A stretch of 64,000 nucleotides of DNA from Kiritimatiellia bacterium (GTDB lineage Bacteria; Verrucomicrobiota; Kiritimatiellia; RFP12; UBA1067), in contig JBMNFY010000007.1 in the NCBI GenBank assembly GCA_050949565.1, positions 32,001 through 96,000 of the forward strand, read 5' to 3'. How positions within the stretch are numbered: position 1 is the first letter of the stretch; each line of letters starts with the position of its first letter. Made by a program: the position numbers and the translations under genes. Below the pieces are notes generated by a model, which saw only the letters and a list, made by a program, of their open reading frames with translations, was not told where the DNA came from and ran no database searches. Below, piece by piece: positions 42,163 through 52,087 of this stretch.

Positions 42163-42926
42163 AAAACGAGAGTAAGAACGCATTGCAACAGGTCTTTCGG
42201 CGGTCACGAGTCTTTCTGCCCGTCATTCACCCCGGCACGAAAAAGAGTGCTCTACAGAGCATTGACACGGCTGTCCGGTCTGGAGCGGATGGCATATTCT
42301 TGTTCAATCAAGGGATGTCTTCCGCCCAAGTTCTCGACTTCATCCCGCAAGTGTATCAACGGCACCCGAACCTTTGGATTGGGGTGAATCTGCTCGGAAC
42401 AGAGCCGGAAGAGGTCATTGGTCTCGTCGCCGGTCTTCCGGTGGGCGGCATCTGGTCAGACAATGCTAAGATTGACGAGATGTCCGATGCGCAGCCCGCC
42501 GGAGAACAGTTCCGGCAAGCACGCAACAAGGCCGGATGGAAAGGGCTTTACTTCGGAGGAGTCGCATTCAAGTACCAGCGAGAAGTGGATGCCGCCCTGT
42601 TGCCTGAAGCGGCCAGAAAGGCAAGCCCCTGGATGGACGTAATTACATCGAGTGGCCCGGGGACCGGATACGCCGCGACGGTAGAGAAGGCAAGGGCCTT
42701 GCGATCTGGGGCCGGGACGCATCCGTTGGCCCTTGCCAGCGGCGTGAGCCCAGAGAATGTAGACGGTTTTCTGCCGTATGTGGATGCCTATTTGGTTGCA
42801 TCTGAAATCGAGACAGCGAAGTACTCCGGCATTCTGGTGCCCGAGCGGACAAAGTTGCTGGCTAAAAAAATTCATGGATGGGAGCGGCAGGGGTGCGTCG
42901 AACCAGCAGGCACAGGAGACGTTTAA
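42159..42926 (+). CDS. BtpA/SgcQ-like TIM-barrel protein
   Basis: LPVIH, GADGIFL, IGVNLL, FGGVAFKYQ, TSSGPGTG, ASGVSPENV. Confidence 0.7.
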   Translation: MKNESKNALQQVFRRSRVFLPVIHPGTKKSALQSIDTAVRSGADGIFLFNQGMSSAQVLDFIPQVYQRHPNLWIGVNLLGTEPEEVIGLVAGLPVGGIWSDNAKIDEMSDAQPAGEQFRQARNKAGWKGLYFGGVAFKYQREVDAALLPEAARKASPWMDVITSSGPGTGYAATVEKARALRSGAGTHPLALASGVSPENVDGFLPYVDAYLVASEIETAKYSGILVPERTKLLAKKIHGWERQGCVEPAGTGDV

Positions 42927-42954
42927 CAGCGCACCTGCCCCATACCGGTTACAG
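42897..42954 (+). other. Candidate degenerate attC-like site
   Basis: gtcgAAC...ggcacagg...cctgccc...GTTacag; 58-nt imperfect hairpin overlapping the gene end. Confidence 0.45.
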
Positions 42955-43333
42955 GCAGATAATCAACCATGATGCATATTCATGGCAGCGGATCGTGCGG
43001 ACAAGACGGGGGGATGGCGAGCGAATGAATCAGCCGTGTGGTTCTTTGACGAGGCGATGCGCCGTGGCCTTGTGCCCCAAGAGACCGTTTTTGACGTACC
43101 GGAAGCAACTGCTTGCCTATAACTTGAGCGTTAAAAGTTGAGCGGTGAGCGTTAAACGTTTTTTAACTCAGAACGCTGAACGTCGAACTCTGAACTCTGA
43201 ACTCTGAAGTCGAAAACACAATAAAGTGTGCGCTTGCTTATAGCCGTCAGAGCGAATACCACCTGGATGCGCGTGGGGGCTACCCGCCTTCGTGAGGTAG
43301 GCTAGGTAGTGCTGTTTGGTAGAGGAGATGAGA

Positions 43334-43894
43334 ATGGAACAACTCGACTTCAATGAGAAAACCGGCAAGCAGAAGTTTCTTGATGTTCTGTGCTGGATTG
43401 TGGCGTTACCTGCTTCTGTTCTTGGTTGTGTCATTGCGTATTGGATCGTTGTTATCTTAAATAGGCTCACCATAACACGGCATGTTGCTCCATATTCCTT
43501 CATGGAGCGGGTCTTCGAGCAAGGGATTGGTCATGCTACCATGGGAGCAGCCTTCGTCTACATCAGCGTCTGCATCGTGCCCTCATACAAAAAGCAGACA
43601 GGCATCGTCATCGCAGGCATTGCCCTTCTCTTCTCAGGGGCATCCCTGTTGGCTGCCATCATGACTCGGAACTATTGGGCCATATTCGGGGTTGTTTGCA
43701 TGAATGTGGGGTCGATAGGGGTCGCACACGATGTGTTCAAACATGAGACGCAAAAAGAGACTGACGATTCTGTGCAACAAGATGCAGGGCATATTTCTGA
43801 AGGCACCCGTCTGGGAAATATCATCGTTTTTGTGGGGCGCAGTTTGACATTAGACGCTCCGAGTGATTTTGAGAAAAAGCTATGTGTCGTTTAG
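43334..43894 (+). CDS. Hypothetical membrane protein (about 4 TM)
   Basis: GAGGAG RBS; hydrophobic helices; tail reads through the attC-like hairpin 43772-43895. Confidence 0.7.
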   Translation: MEQLDFNEKTGKQKFLDVLCWIVALPASVLGCVIAYWIVVILNRLTITRHVAPYSFMERVFEQGIGHATMGAAFVYISVCIVPSYKKQTGIVIAGIALLFSGASLLAAIMTRNYWAIFGVVCMNVGSIGVAHDVFKHETQKETDDSVQQDAGHISEGTRLGNIIVFVGRSLTLDAPSDFEKKLCVV

Positions 43895-43895
43895 C
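43772..43895 (+). other. Candidate degenerate attC-like site
   Basis: gtgcAAC...tttctgaaggcacccgtct / agacg...gtgattttgagaaa...GTTtagc imperfect hairpin. Confidence 0.4.
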
Positions 43896-43960
43896 TATCT
43901 TTTGCCTAATGTCAAATCACGCCCATTGCGATAGCCGTCATGCTCGCTGTTGGAGATCGT

Positions 43961-44233
43961 ATGAATGACGCTGTTTTTCAAATCATGCCTCTGGTTATCT
44001 GCCCCATCTTTATGATCGTCGGTATTGCCATTTTTCGGGCGGATCCAAAAAAGCTGCTGTCTTGGGATAGGCGCACCGGCTACCATATTTACAAGAACAA
44101 GCTCAAGTCCACGAACGATGAAGCGAGGGCATTGCGCGCAGCAGGTGATTTCTATAAGTTCTTCGGAGGCTGTTTCTTTCTCTTTTCACTGGTCATGTTA
44201 CTTGTTGCCATTGGTGTTTTGTTCCTGAGATGA
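43961..44233 (+). CDS. Small 2-TM hypothetical protein
   Basis: GGAG RBS; two hydrophobic segments. Confidence 0.65.
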   Translation: MNDAVFQIMPLVICPIFMIVGIAIFRADPKKLLSWDRRTGYHIYKNKLKSTNDEARALRAAGDFYKFFGGCFFLFSLVMLLVAIGVLFLR

Positions 44234-44263
44234 AGCATGACACAGATGGGGCTCGGGCTCTTA

Positions 44264-44341
44264 TCACACGAAGGCACCAAGGACACAAAGGTTTTCCCAT
44301 AACACCCTACACCCCTTAGTGCCTTTGTGCCCTTCGTGTGA
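44264..44341. repeat. Empty periodic-arm hairpin (cacgaagg family)
   Basis: tcacacgaaggcaccaaggacacaaagg ... gtgcctttgtgcccttcgtgtga. Confidence 0.85.
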
Positions 44342-44443
44342 GAAACAACTTGTTTTTTATCGCGCTTGTTGAGCCTTACAGCCTCACAGCCTTACGGCCT
44401 GACAAGCATTTCAGGTTGCGGGGGGCTCCTGCATTAGATTAAA

Positions 44444-45850
44444 ATGCTCGCCATGACACGGAAAAAAGTGATACGGGGCGTCGCGGTGGTCGTGGCGCTG
44501 GGTGTAGTGGGCAACCTGATTGCCTTTGTGGTCCGGCAGCGTCCGCGGCCGGTGCCTTCCGAACCGGCGGCGGTGCGTACGGCGGCGCTTGCGATTTTGG
44601 ACGCCAAGTGTGCCGCATGCCACGACAGCCGAAAATCGTTGCCTTTCTATGTGAAGCTGCCCGGCCCCGGGAGTCTGATACGTCGCGACGTAAAGGACGG
44701 CCTCCGCCATTGGGATCTTTATGATGTGGGGCATCTCGGCGCCGACGCCACAGAGGCTGAGAAGGCGGCGGAGGAAGTCCCGCTCGGGCGTCTGATTAAA
44801 CTCCGTCGAAACGTGGCGGACGGAACCATGCCGCCGATCCAGTACTGGGCGATCCACTGGGGCACCACCCTGACTGCGAGCGAGCGCCAGATTCTGAACG
44901 CATGGGTCGGTCAAGTGTGGGGCGCGTGGCTCGCCAGTTGGGGCATCGAGAACGGTGCCGACGCGGACGTGCATCCGATTCCGCAGACGATCCCGTTCGA
45001 TGCGGCAAAAGCGGCGATGGGCGAGCTGCTCTATTTCGATACGCGCTTCTCCAAGGACAATACAGTTTCATGCGCGTCGTGCCATGCATTCGAGAAGGGC
45101 GGCACCGACAACCTGCAATTCTCCGTGGGCGTTGGCGGCCTCAAGGGCAATGTGAACGCGCCGACCGTTTTCAACGCGGTTTTCAACATGCGCCAGTTCT
45201 GGGACGGTCGCGCCCGTCACCTCGCGGAGCAGGCTGCTGGACCGCCGCTTAATCCCGTCGAAATGGCCTGTGAGAATTGGGATGAGATTATTGCAAAATT
45301 GGAGCAGGATGCCGCCCTCAAAAAGGCCTTCACCGCGCTCTATCCAGAAGGGTTCAGCGAGGCTACGCTCTGCGGCGCGATCGCGGAGTTCGAGCGGCGG
45401 TTGATCACCCCGGGCTCACGCTTTGACCGCTATCTTGCCGGAGAGAAAAACGCGCTCTCGGAAAAGGAGGTCAAGGGCTACACGGCGTTTCAAACGCATC
45501 GCTGCACCACCTGTCACGCCGGTCCTGCAATGGGTGGCCTCTCCTTTGAATACGCCGACCTGAAAGCGGATTACTTCGCTGGCCGCGAGGTGACTGACGG
45601 TGACCAGGGTTTGGCGGCCTTCAGCAAAAACCCGAAGGATGCCAAACGCTTCAAGGTGCCGATCCTGCGCAACATCGCGCTGACCGCGCCTTATCTGCAT
45701 GACGGCAGCCAGCCCGACCTCAAAGAGACGGTGCGCTCGATGATGAAATATCAGGTTGGCGCTGTCGCGTCAGAAGAGGAACTGGACGCGCTCACCGCGT
45801 TCTTGGGAACACTGACCGGCAACCTGTTCGGCAAGTCGCTCGCGCCGTGA
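44444..45850 (+). CDS. ccp: Trihaem cytochrome c peroxidase (YhjA-like)
   Basis: N-terminal TM anchor; three CxxCH (CAACH, CASCH, CTTCH); NAPTVFN, QFWDGRA, FKVPILRNIALTAPYLHDG. Confidence 0.92.
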   Translation: MLAMTRKKVIRGVAVVVALGVVGNLIAFVVRQRPRPVPSEPAAVRTAALAILDAKCAACHDSRKSLPFYVKLPGPGSLIRRDVKDGLRHWDLYDVGHLGADATEAEKAAEEVPLGRLIKLRRNVADGTMPPIQYWAIHWGTTLTASERQILNAWVGQVWGAWLASWGIENGADADVHPIPQTIPFDAAKAAMGELLYFDTRFSKDNTVSCASCHAFEKGGTDNLQFSVGVGGLKGNVNAPTVFNAVFNMRQFWDGRARHLAEQAAGPPLNPVEMACENWDEIIAKLEQDAALKKAFTALYPEGFSEATLCGAIAEFERRLITPGSRFDRYLAGEKNALSEKEVKGYTAFQTHRCTTCHAGPAMGGLSFEYADLKADYFAGREVTDGDQGLAAFSKNPKDAKRFKVPILRNIALTAPYLHDGSQPDLKETVRSMMKYQVGAVASEEELDALTAFLGTLTGNLFGKSLAP

Positions 45851-46243
45851 CGCCGCGCCCGCGCGGCGGAAAAAGTTGAGGTTTTTTAACGCAGAGACGC
45901 GGAGACGCAGAGGTTTTTACGGGGTGGTGGCGTGACCGCCGTCGGGAGGGGCAAGCGTCTGCTTGCCCGCGGACGAGCAGACGCTCGTCCCTCCCCTCCT
46001 GCGGTCAAAGACAAAAAAGAAAAAATCTGCGCAATCTGTGCAAATCTGCGGATAAAACCAGAAAACCGCAAGACACGTTGTCGCAGGCGAGAACGCCCGC
46101 GTTACCTTCTCACGACCTCCTTTTCACCAGAAACATGACCTTCGCATACCCCTCTCACTAACCGATAACGACTTTTTGATTGATTGCTGTCGATAAGTCG
46201 TTACACTTTGGGCTTGAACAGGTGAAAAAGAGGTTACAATGTC

Positions 46244-47227
46244 ATGCCCGGAAAACCTTTCCAGTCAAAACTGAACCCGCACGAGGATGAGATTTTTGTT
46301 CTGCTGGATGCGGGTTGGAGCTTTCGCCGGGTCGCCGAACAGCTTAACCGCACCCACGGCCTCGGGGTGACGCACAACGCGGTGTTCTCTTTTGTGAAGT
46401 GCCGTCGCAAACGGCGCGGTCCCCGTTTCTTTTTCGAGGGGCTCTCTCCCGATATCCGCGACCACATGCTGAAGCAGATTGCCGCTGTCTGGACGCACGA
46501 CTCTACCGCTATCGAGGGGAACACGTTAACGCTGGGCGACACGGCTAAGATTCTGGAGTTGGGGTTGACCATCAGCGGGAAAAGTCTGCGCGAGCATCAG
46601 GAGGTTTACGGACACGCCCGTGCGATTGATCTGATTTACCGGATGTTACGTCAGCCGGGTATCACCGAAAAGGATCTGTTCGCCTTGCACTGCGCCGTGA
46701 TGCAACTCTCGGCGATAGACGCCCTGAATCCGGTGGGGGCGTGGAAGCAGTCATACAACGGCACTACCGGCGTGGTGAACGGTCAGGTCGTTTTCATGGA
46801 GTACGCCGATCCCTTGGATGTGCCGTACCTGATGAAGCGATGGCTTGAAACATTCAATGCGTCGCTGGATGAAGCGCAACAACCGGAAGAGGCCGTCGGT
46901 GCTTATGTCCGGACACATCTGGGCTTCGTGCGGATCCATCCGTTTTTCGATGGTAACGGACGCGTGGCGCGGCTGGTCGCGAATCTGCCTGTGCTACGTG
47001 CCGGTTATCCGCCCGTCACCGTTCCGCTGGAGCGTCGCGGCGATTACATCGACATCCTGTGGGAGCACGAGAACGCGGTCGGCAAGATCCAGCGTGACGA
47101 TCCGCTTGTGCCGCCGTATCCAGCCATCGAGCGATTTACGGCGTTATTGCAGGCCGAATGGCAGCGGACACTGAAGCCCCTAGAAGAGGCTCGCCGCCGG
47201 GAAGCCGAGAGAAAAAGTAATAGGTAG
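46244..47227 (+). CDS. Class II Fic (AMPylase) protein with N-terminal HTH-like region
   Basis: HPFFDGNGRVAR catalytic motif; STAIEGN inhibitory motif. Confidence 0.92.
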   Translation: MPGKPFQSKLNPHEDEIFVLLDAGWSFRRVAEQLNRTHGLGVTHNAVFSFVKCRRKRRGPRFFFEGLSPDIRDHMLKQIAAVWTHDSTAIEGNTLTLGDTAKILELGLTISGKSLREHQEVYGHARAIDLIYRMLRQPGITEKDLFALHCAVMQLSAIDALNPVGAWKQSYNGTTGVVNGQVVFMEYADPLDVPYLMKRWLETFNASLDEAQQPEEAVGAYVRTHLGFVRIHPFFDGNGRVARLVANLPVLRAGYPPVTVPLERRGDYIDILWEHENAVGKIQRDDPLVPPYPAIERFTALLQAEWQRTLKPLEEARRREAERKSNR

Positions 47228-47314
47228 TAGGTAATGGGTAATAGGTAAGAAGTAATAGGTAAGAAGTAATAGGTAATAGGTAGTAGGTAATAGGTAATGG
47301 GTAATGGGTAATAG
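47218..47314. repeat. 7-nt periodic tandem tract overlapping the Fic stop
   Basis: About 13-14 units of taatagg/tagtagg/taatggg/taagaag. Confidence 0.92.
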
Positions 47315-47402
47315 TGTCCCCAAAAAAACCTCTGCGTCTCTGCGCCTCTGCGTTAAACAAACAACTTTTTTATCGTGCTTGTCGGACCGTAAGGCGCTAA
47401 TC

Positions 47403-48068
47403 TCAATACTCGCTCCTACGGATGTCACGCACTTCGTTGCTGAAGATGTTGATGCGGATGTAGCGGGTCACGTTGTCCTTGACGGCGCGTGCGTAGATAA
47501 ATTTCTGTCCCTCTTTGATCGAAGCGGGGAACGTCACTTTGCCTCGCTTGTCGACCTTGGCGGTGATGTCGGTCTCCACGCCGCCCGGTTGCTTGTAGTA
47601 GAGGCGTGAACCCGGTTTGACATTGAAGGTGACCGTGATGGTCGCCGAGGCCGAGACATCAGTGGAGTCGAACGTGACGTCCACGCCTGCGGCGCGCATG
47701 TTCAGCACCTGACGCCGGTTGGCGGTAAGCATCGCGTCGGGATTGTCGAAGAGCAACTGCGGATGCAGGCGGTCGAGGTCGCTCAGCCGCGCCACGCGGA
47801 AGCGGTATTCGGGATAGGAGACGGTGCCGCTCTTGGTGACCGGCCCGACAGCCACCGCGCGGATCGCGTTGTCCACGCGATCCTGATCGGCGGGGCGCGT
47901 CAACATCTTGAAGCGGTAAGTGCAGGGGATGGATACGGTGGCGTTGCGTGAGCCGCCGAGGCTGGCGCAACCGGCGGAGAGCAGCATCGTTGCGGCCAGC
48001 ACGCATCCAAATGCGCGGGCGAGGAGGGCTGCATGGGGGGGGAGGGTGGTGGGGGCGACAGGGTTCAT
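47403..48068 (-). CDS. Hypothetical lipoprotein
   Basis: Hydrophobic leader with LSAGC lipobox; host-like composition. Confidence 0.7.
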   Translation of the reverse strand: MNPVAPTTLPPHAALLARAFGCVLAATMLLSAGCASLGGSRNATVSIPCTYRFKMLTRPADQDRVDNAIRAVAVGPVTKSGTVSYPEYRFRVARLSDLDRLHPQLLFDNPDAMLTANRRQVLNMRAAGVDVTFDSTDVSASATITVTFNVKPGSRLYYKQPGGVETDITAKVDKRGKVTFPASIKEGQKFIYARAVKDNVTRYIRINIFSNEVRDIRRSEY

Positions 48069-48097
48069 AGGGGATTCCTTGGTTTGGGGGTTAGAGG

Positions 48098-48817
48098 TTA
48101 AAGAAGGTGCTGACCACCGTCGACAAACAGGATCTGACCTGTGGTGGATTCGGCTTCCAGCAGAAAACGTACGGCGGCGGCGACCTGACAAACCGTAGGG
48201 CGCACCGACAACGGAAATTCACCGGCTGCTTCACGCGCAGCCGTGTCTGTCGGCGGCAGAACGGCGCCGGGCGCCACTGCGTTGACGCGCAGGCGCGGCG
48301 CGAAGGCCAGCGCCGCAGAGAGCGTGTACGCTTCAAGCGCTTTCTTTGAGACAAGGTAGGGGACAGCCATCGCGTCGGGCTGCGTGATGCGCTGGTCGAG
48401 CAGATTCACGGCGCAACCGACGGCGTCACGCCGCTTCAGATGGTCGGCGAGCCGCTGCGTCAGCATCATCGGCGCGAGTGCGTTGACGCGCCACTGGTGG
48501 TCGAAGTCGGCGGCTGTCGCGTCTGCCAGCGGCTGACGCGCGAACACTGCGGCGTTGTTGACGAGCGCGTCGATACGACCGGCCTGCGCGAGCGCGGCTG
48601 CGAACACCGCGTCCGGACCGCCCACCGCCGCGAGGTCGCCCGCAACGCGCCAGGCCCGTGCACCGGTGTCGGCAGTCAGCGCAGCGCACAACGCATCGGC
48701 CTCCGCCGTCGCGCGGTGCGCGTGGACGACGACATTCCAGCCTGTGCGGGCCAGCGTTTCTGCGATGCCCCGTCCGATACGACGTGCAGCGCCCGTGATG
48801 AGAATAGTCTGCTTCAT
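48098..48817 (-). CDS. SDR oxidoreductase (pteridine reductase/FolM-like)
   Basis: ITGAARRIG, LVNNAAVF, YLVSK, RVNAVAPG, VDGG. Confidence 0.88.
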   Translation of the reverse strand: MKQTILITGAARRIGRGIAETLARTGWNVVVHAHRATAEADALCAALTADTGARAWRVAGDLAAVGGPDAVFAAALAQAGRIDALVNNAAVFARQPLADATAADFDHQWRVNALAPMMLTQRLADHLKRRDAVGCAVNLLDQRITQPDAMAVPYLVSKKALEAYTLSAALAFAPRLRVNAVAPGAVLPPTDTAAREAAGEFPLSVRPTVCQVAAAVRFLLEAESTTGQILFVDGGQHLL

Positions 48818-48857
48818 GGGATTGACAACTGTCACGGAGCATCATACCTTAATCGCA

Positions 48858-49769
48858 ATGCCCAGTCATGTCAAAAGCGTCAATATGAATGTCGCCGAGC
48901 GCGACTTCAAGTACTATATCTTCGATTGGGACGACAATATCCTGCACATGCCTACGCGCATTCACCTTGAGAAACGTCAGCCCGACGGCTCTTGGCGGCC
49001 GCACAGTGTCTCGACTGCAGCGTTCGCAGTGGTGCGCAATGACCACGAAAATTACCGGCCGCCGGACGGTGTGTGGGAGAATGCCTTTGTCGAATTTCAG
49101 GACACGGCGGGCGAGAGCGAGAGCCGCTTCTTGCACGATACGCGGATCTCGTTGGAGCGGGTCATGGCGGGCGAGATTGCGCCCGGCCCCAGTTTTGAAA
49201 CGCTGCGCGAAACGCTGCGCGAGGGACGGCTGTTTGCAATCGTCACAGCCCGCGGTCATGAGTCGGAGTCGCTCAAGAAAGCGGTGCGCCTCTTTATCGA
49301 TGTGGTGCTGACCGACGCTGAGCGTGAAGAGATGATGGCGAACCTCCGGGGCTACCGCGCCTGTTTTGACGGATGTACGACATTCGGCACGGACGAGGAA
49401 GAGCTGACCTACTACCTGAATCTCAACCGCTACCACGCGGTGACGAACCCCTCGTTCAAACGCTGGATGGCCGCAGCGACAGAGGGCGGCGCTTCGTCGG
49501 GAGATGCCAAGCCGTTTGCGATCCGCGATTTTGTGGAGCATGTGGTAAAGATTCTGTCGCGGACCGGCGCGGAGTCCCTGCGCCGACCGATCAGCGTGGG
49601 TTTTTCTGATGACGATGCCGGGAACGTGCGTGCCGTCGAGCGTTACATTCAGGAGGAGCTGTCACGGCGCTTTCCCGGCATCAAGTTTTGCGTGTATGAT
49701 ACGTCGGATCCGGCTGTGCCGGACGGTCGCAAGGTGACCGTATCAGGCCAGCTCGATTTCGGCTTTTAA
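48858..49769 (+). CDS. HAD-superfamily phosphatase-like hypothetical protein
   Basis: FDWDDN (DxD), IVTARG, GFSDDD; TTGACA-N17-TACCTT at 48822-48850. Confidence 0.7.
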   Translation: MPSHVKSVNMNVAERDFKYYIFDWDDNILHMPTRIHLEKRQPDGSWRPHSVSTAAFAVVRNDHENYRPPDGVWENAFVEFQDTAGESESRFLHDTRISLERVMAGEIAPGPSFETLRETLREGRLFAIVTARGHESESLKKAVRLFIDVVLTDAEREEMMANLRGYRACFDGCTTFGTDEEELTYYLNLNRYHAVTNPSFKRWMAAATEGGASSGDAKPFAIRDFVEHVVKILSRTGAESLRRPISVGFSDDDAGNVRAVERYIQEELSRRFPGIKFCVYDTSDPAVPDGRKVTVSGQLDFGF

Positions 49770-49786
49770 CCCGAAAGGAGGCTGCG

Positions 49787-50401
49787 ATGAAAGTGGTCGC
49801 GTTCAATGGAAGTCCGAACCCAGAAGGAAACACGGCTATCCTGCTCATGAAAGTGCTGTCGCGCGTCGCGCGCGCGGGGATCAACACCGAGTTGGTGCAG
49901 GTCGGCGGCAATAAGATTCAAGGATGCATGGCGTGTTACCAGTGCTTCAAGGCCAAGGACAAGTGCTGTGCGATCACCGATGACATCGTCAATGATTGCA
50001 TCGCCAAAATGATCGAGGCGGATGCCATCGTCATGGGTACGCCCACCTATTTCGCGAACATGACGGCTGAGATGAAGGCGTTGATCGACCGTGCGGGATT
50101 GGTGGCGGTCGCCAACGAACAGCTTTTCGCACGCAAAATCGGTGCGGCGGTGGCGGTCAATCGGCGCGGCGGGGCGGTGCATGCGGTTGACGCTATCAAC
50201 CACATGTTTCTGATGACGCGCATGATCGTGCCAGGCTCGATCTATTGGAATTTCGGCGTGGGGATGCGGCCCGGCGATGTGGAGAACGACACCGAGGCGG
50301 TCGAGAACATGCACGATCTGGGTGAAACCATCGTTTGGCTGGTGAAGAGCCTGTGCCGCGGCGATGGACAGGCGGCGGACGCACAAGGGGGGCTCGTATG
50401 A
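49787..50401 (+). CDS. Iron-sulfur flavoprotein (flavodoxin/NADPH-dependent FMN reductase family)
   Basis: NGSP--GNT, CMACYQC...C, GTPTYF, RRGG. Confidence 0.9.
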   Translation: MKVVAFNGSPNPEGNTAILLMKVLSRVARAGINTELVQVGGNKIQGCMACYQCFKAKDKCCAITDDIVNDCIAKMIEADAIVMGTPTYFANMTAEMKALIDRAGLVAVANEQLFARKIGAAVAVNRRGGAVHAVDAINHMFLMTRMIVPGSIYWNFGVGMRPGDVENDTEAVENMHDLGETIVWLVKSLCRGDGQAADAQGGLV

Positions 50402-51165
50402 ATCGCAGATGTACATGGCTGATGGTCGCGGCGCTTGCCGTTTGTGTGTTGGCGCGCGGCGGCGAAGTCGCCTGTCCGGGTGCATATCCGGGGCATTTGC
50501 AAGGGATTGCCCGCGATGACGATGGCAATCTCTACTGGTCGTTCACGACGTTTCTGATCAAGACCGATGCGTCAGGCACCGAGCGCGCGAAGGTGGCGGT
50601 GCCGAACCACTACGGCGATCTGACGTGGCACGACGGCAAAGTTTACGTGGCGGTCAATTACGGTGCGTTCAACAAAGAGCCGGGTAAGGCGAAGTCGTGG
50701 GTCTGCGTGCATGATGCCAACTCGCTCGCGCTGCTCTCCTCGAATGCCGTGCCAGAGGTGGTACACGGCGCGGGCGGCATGGAGTGGCACGATGGCCGCT
50801 TCTTCATTGTCGGCGGACTGCCGGAAACGCATACCGCCAACTACGTCTACGAGTACTCCGAATCGTTTGAGTTCCGGAAGCGTCACGTCATTGAGAGCGG
50901 CTGGACCCATTTGGGCATCCAGACAGTCTGCCGCGCCAACGACGGCACATGGTGGTTCGGCTGCTACGGCAAACCGGCCGTCACGTTGCGCACCGACGAC
51001 TCGTTCCGCTTCCTCGGCAAGCACGCCTTCAACTGCTCGGTGGGTGTTGCGCGTGCGCCGGACAGCGGCGAGTTACTGGTCGCGAAAAACTTCCGCTCCA
51101 AAGAGGACAAGCGCAACACGGCGACTGTGGCGCCAGTCCCGATCAAGACGATCCTCGCGAAATAA
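50398..51165 (+). CDS. Exported hypothetical protein (possible beta-propeller)
   Basis: Signal peptide; GHLQGI, HYGDL, HGAGG, LGIQT motifs. Confidence 0.7.
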   Translation: MNRRCTWLMVAALAVCVLARGGEVACPGAYPGHLQGIARDDDGNLYWSFTTFLIKTDASGTERAKVAVPNHYGDLTWHDGKVYVAVNYGAFNKEPGKAKSWVCVHDANSLALLSSNAVPEVVHGAGGMEWHDGRFFIVGGLPETHTANYVYEYSESFEFRKRHVIESGWTHLGIQTVCRANDGTWWFGCYGKPAVTLRTDDSFRFLGKHAFNCSVGVARAPDSGELLVAKNFRSKEDKRNTATVAPVPIKTILAK

Positions 51166-51628
51166 ATAATCGGTTGTTTTTAACGCAGAGGCGCAGAGAC
51201 GCAGAGTTTTTCTACGGTGTAGCGGCGGTGCCGCGCCCCGCGCACTCCAGATTGCCGCGGGACAACGTACCTGTTACCCTAAAAAGAGCAGTTGAAGTAT
51301 CAACTGCTCTTTGGTTTCTGACATGGCTCGGTTTTTCTATCCACAGATGACAGATGACGCAGATTTTTTGGGGGCATGACTCGGGTTTTTCTCACACGAA
51401 GGCACGAAGGTCACGAAGGTTTTGGATGGCGGGTGTCCTCGCCCGCAAAAAGTTGAGGGTGCGTCTAAATATCTGTCCCTTTGTCGCCAAATTCTATCAT
51501 TCTTTGCCTTTCCACTATTCTATTCCCACCAATTAAATTGGGCTGCGGACTCTGCCGCATTAGCACTTGTTGCGACTACACAGTGGATTGCAACGCGAAC
51601 TCCCTACTACAAAGCGCCCCCTGTCAAT

Positions 51629-52087
51629 CTACTCTGCTTCACCTGAATCACTATTCTGAATGCGTTGAATCAAATCAGTAAATGAAGACGCTATCGGCAT
51701 GATCGCACAACTGGGATCGGCTTCTTCATGGAACCACAGTACAATGTCTGGGCTAGTTTTCCCTGCGCCGTAGCGGAAACAAACATAATTTCCCGTTCCG
51801 TCATCAGCAATTGGGAGTAATCCAGCGGGCAGGCGATCACGATAAATATCAAGCAAGAGCAAGACGTTTTCTTTTGTATCGTTTTCCGAAAAACTGATGA
51901 ACGAGTTGATATCAAAAATGCTTCCATCTGGAAGAAGAAGTTCCGAAGGGTTCGGAATCGCCCCGTTGTACCGCCGTAGCCATGCTTTGAAATCTTCGGG
52001 CAGAGACCGCTCTAAAATAGACTCGATGCGAGAAATATCTTGCTCGGTTACCGGCGTTTGCATCAACATCCACTCAAGCTGTTTCAT
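51629..52087 (-). CDS. SMI1/KNR4 (SUKH) immunity protein
   Basis: IESILERSLPEDFKAWL-RYNG, LLPIADDGTGNYVC, WFHE, IASSFTDLI. Confidence 0.92.
   Translation of the reverse strand: MKQLEWMLMQTPVTEQDISRIESILERSLPEDFKAWLRRYNGAIPNPSELLLPDGSIFDINSFISFSENDTKENVLLLLDIYRDRLPAGLLPIADDGTGNYVCFRYGAGKTSPDIVLWFHEEADPSCAIMPIASSFTDLIQRIQNSDSGEAE

Noticed and set aside
47136-47428. Tyr/Leu-rich ORFs, or a telomere-like repeat
   Set aside because: Artefact of the degenerate intergenic heptamer tract.
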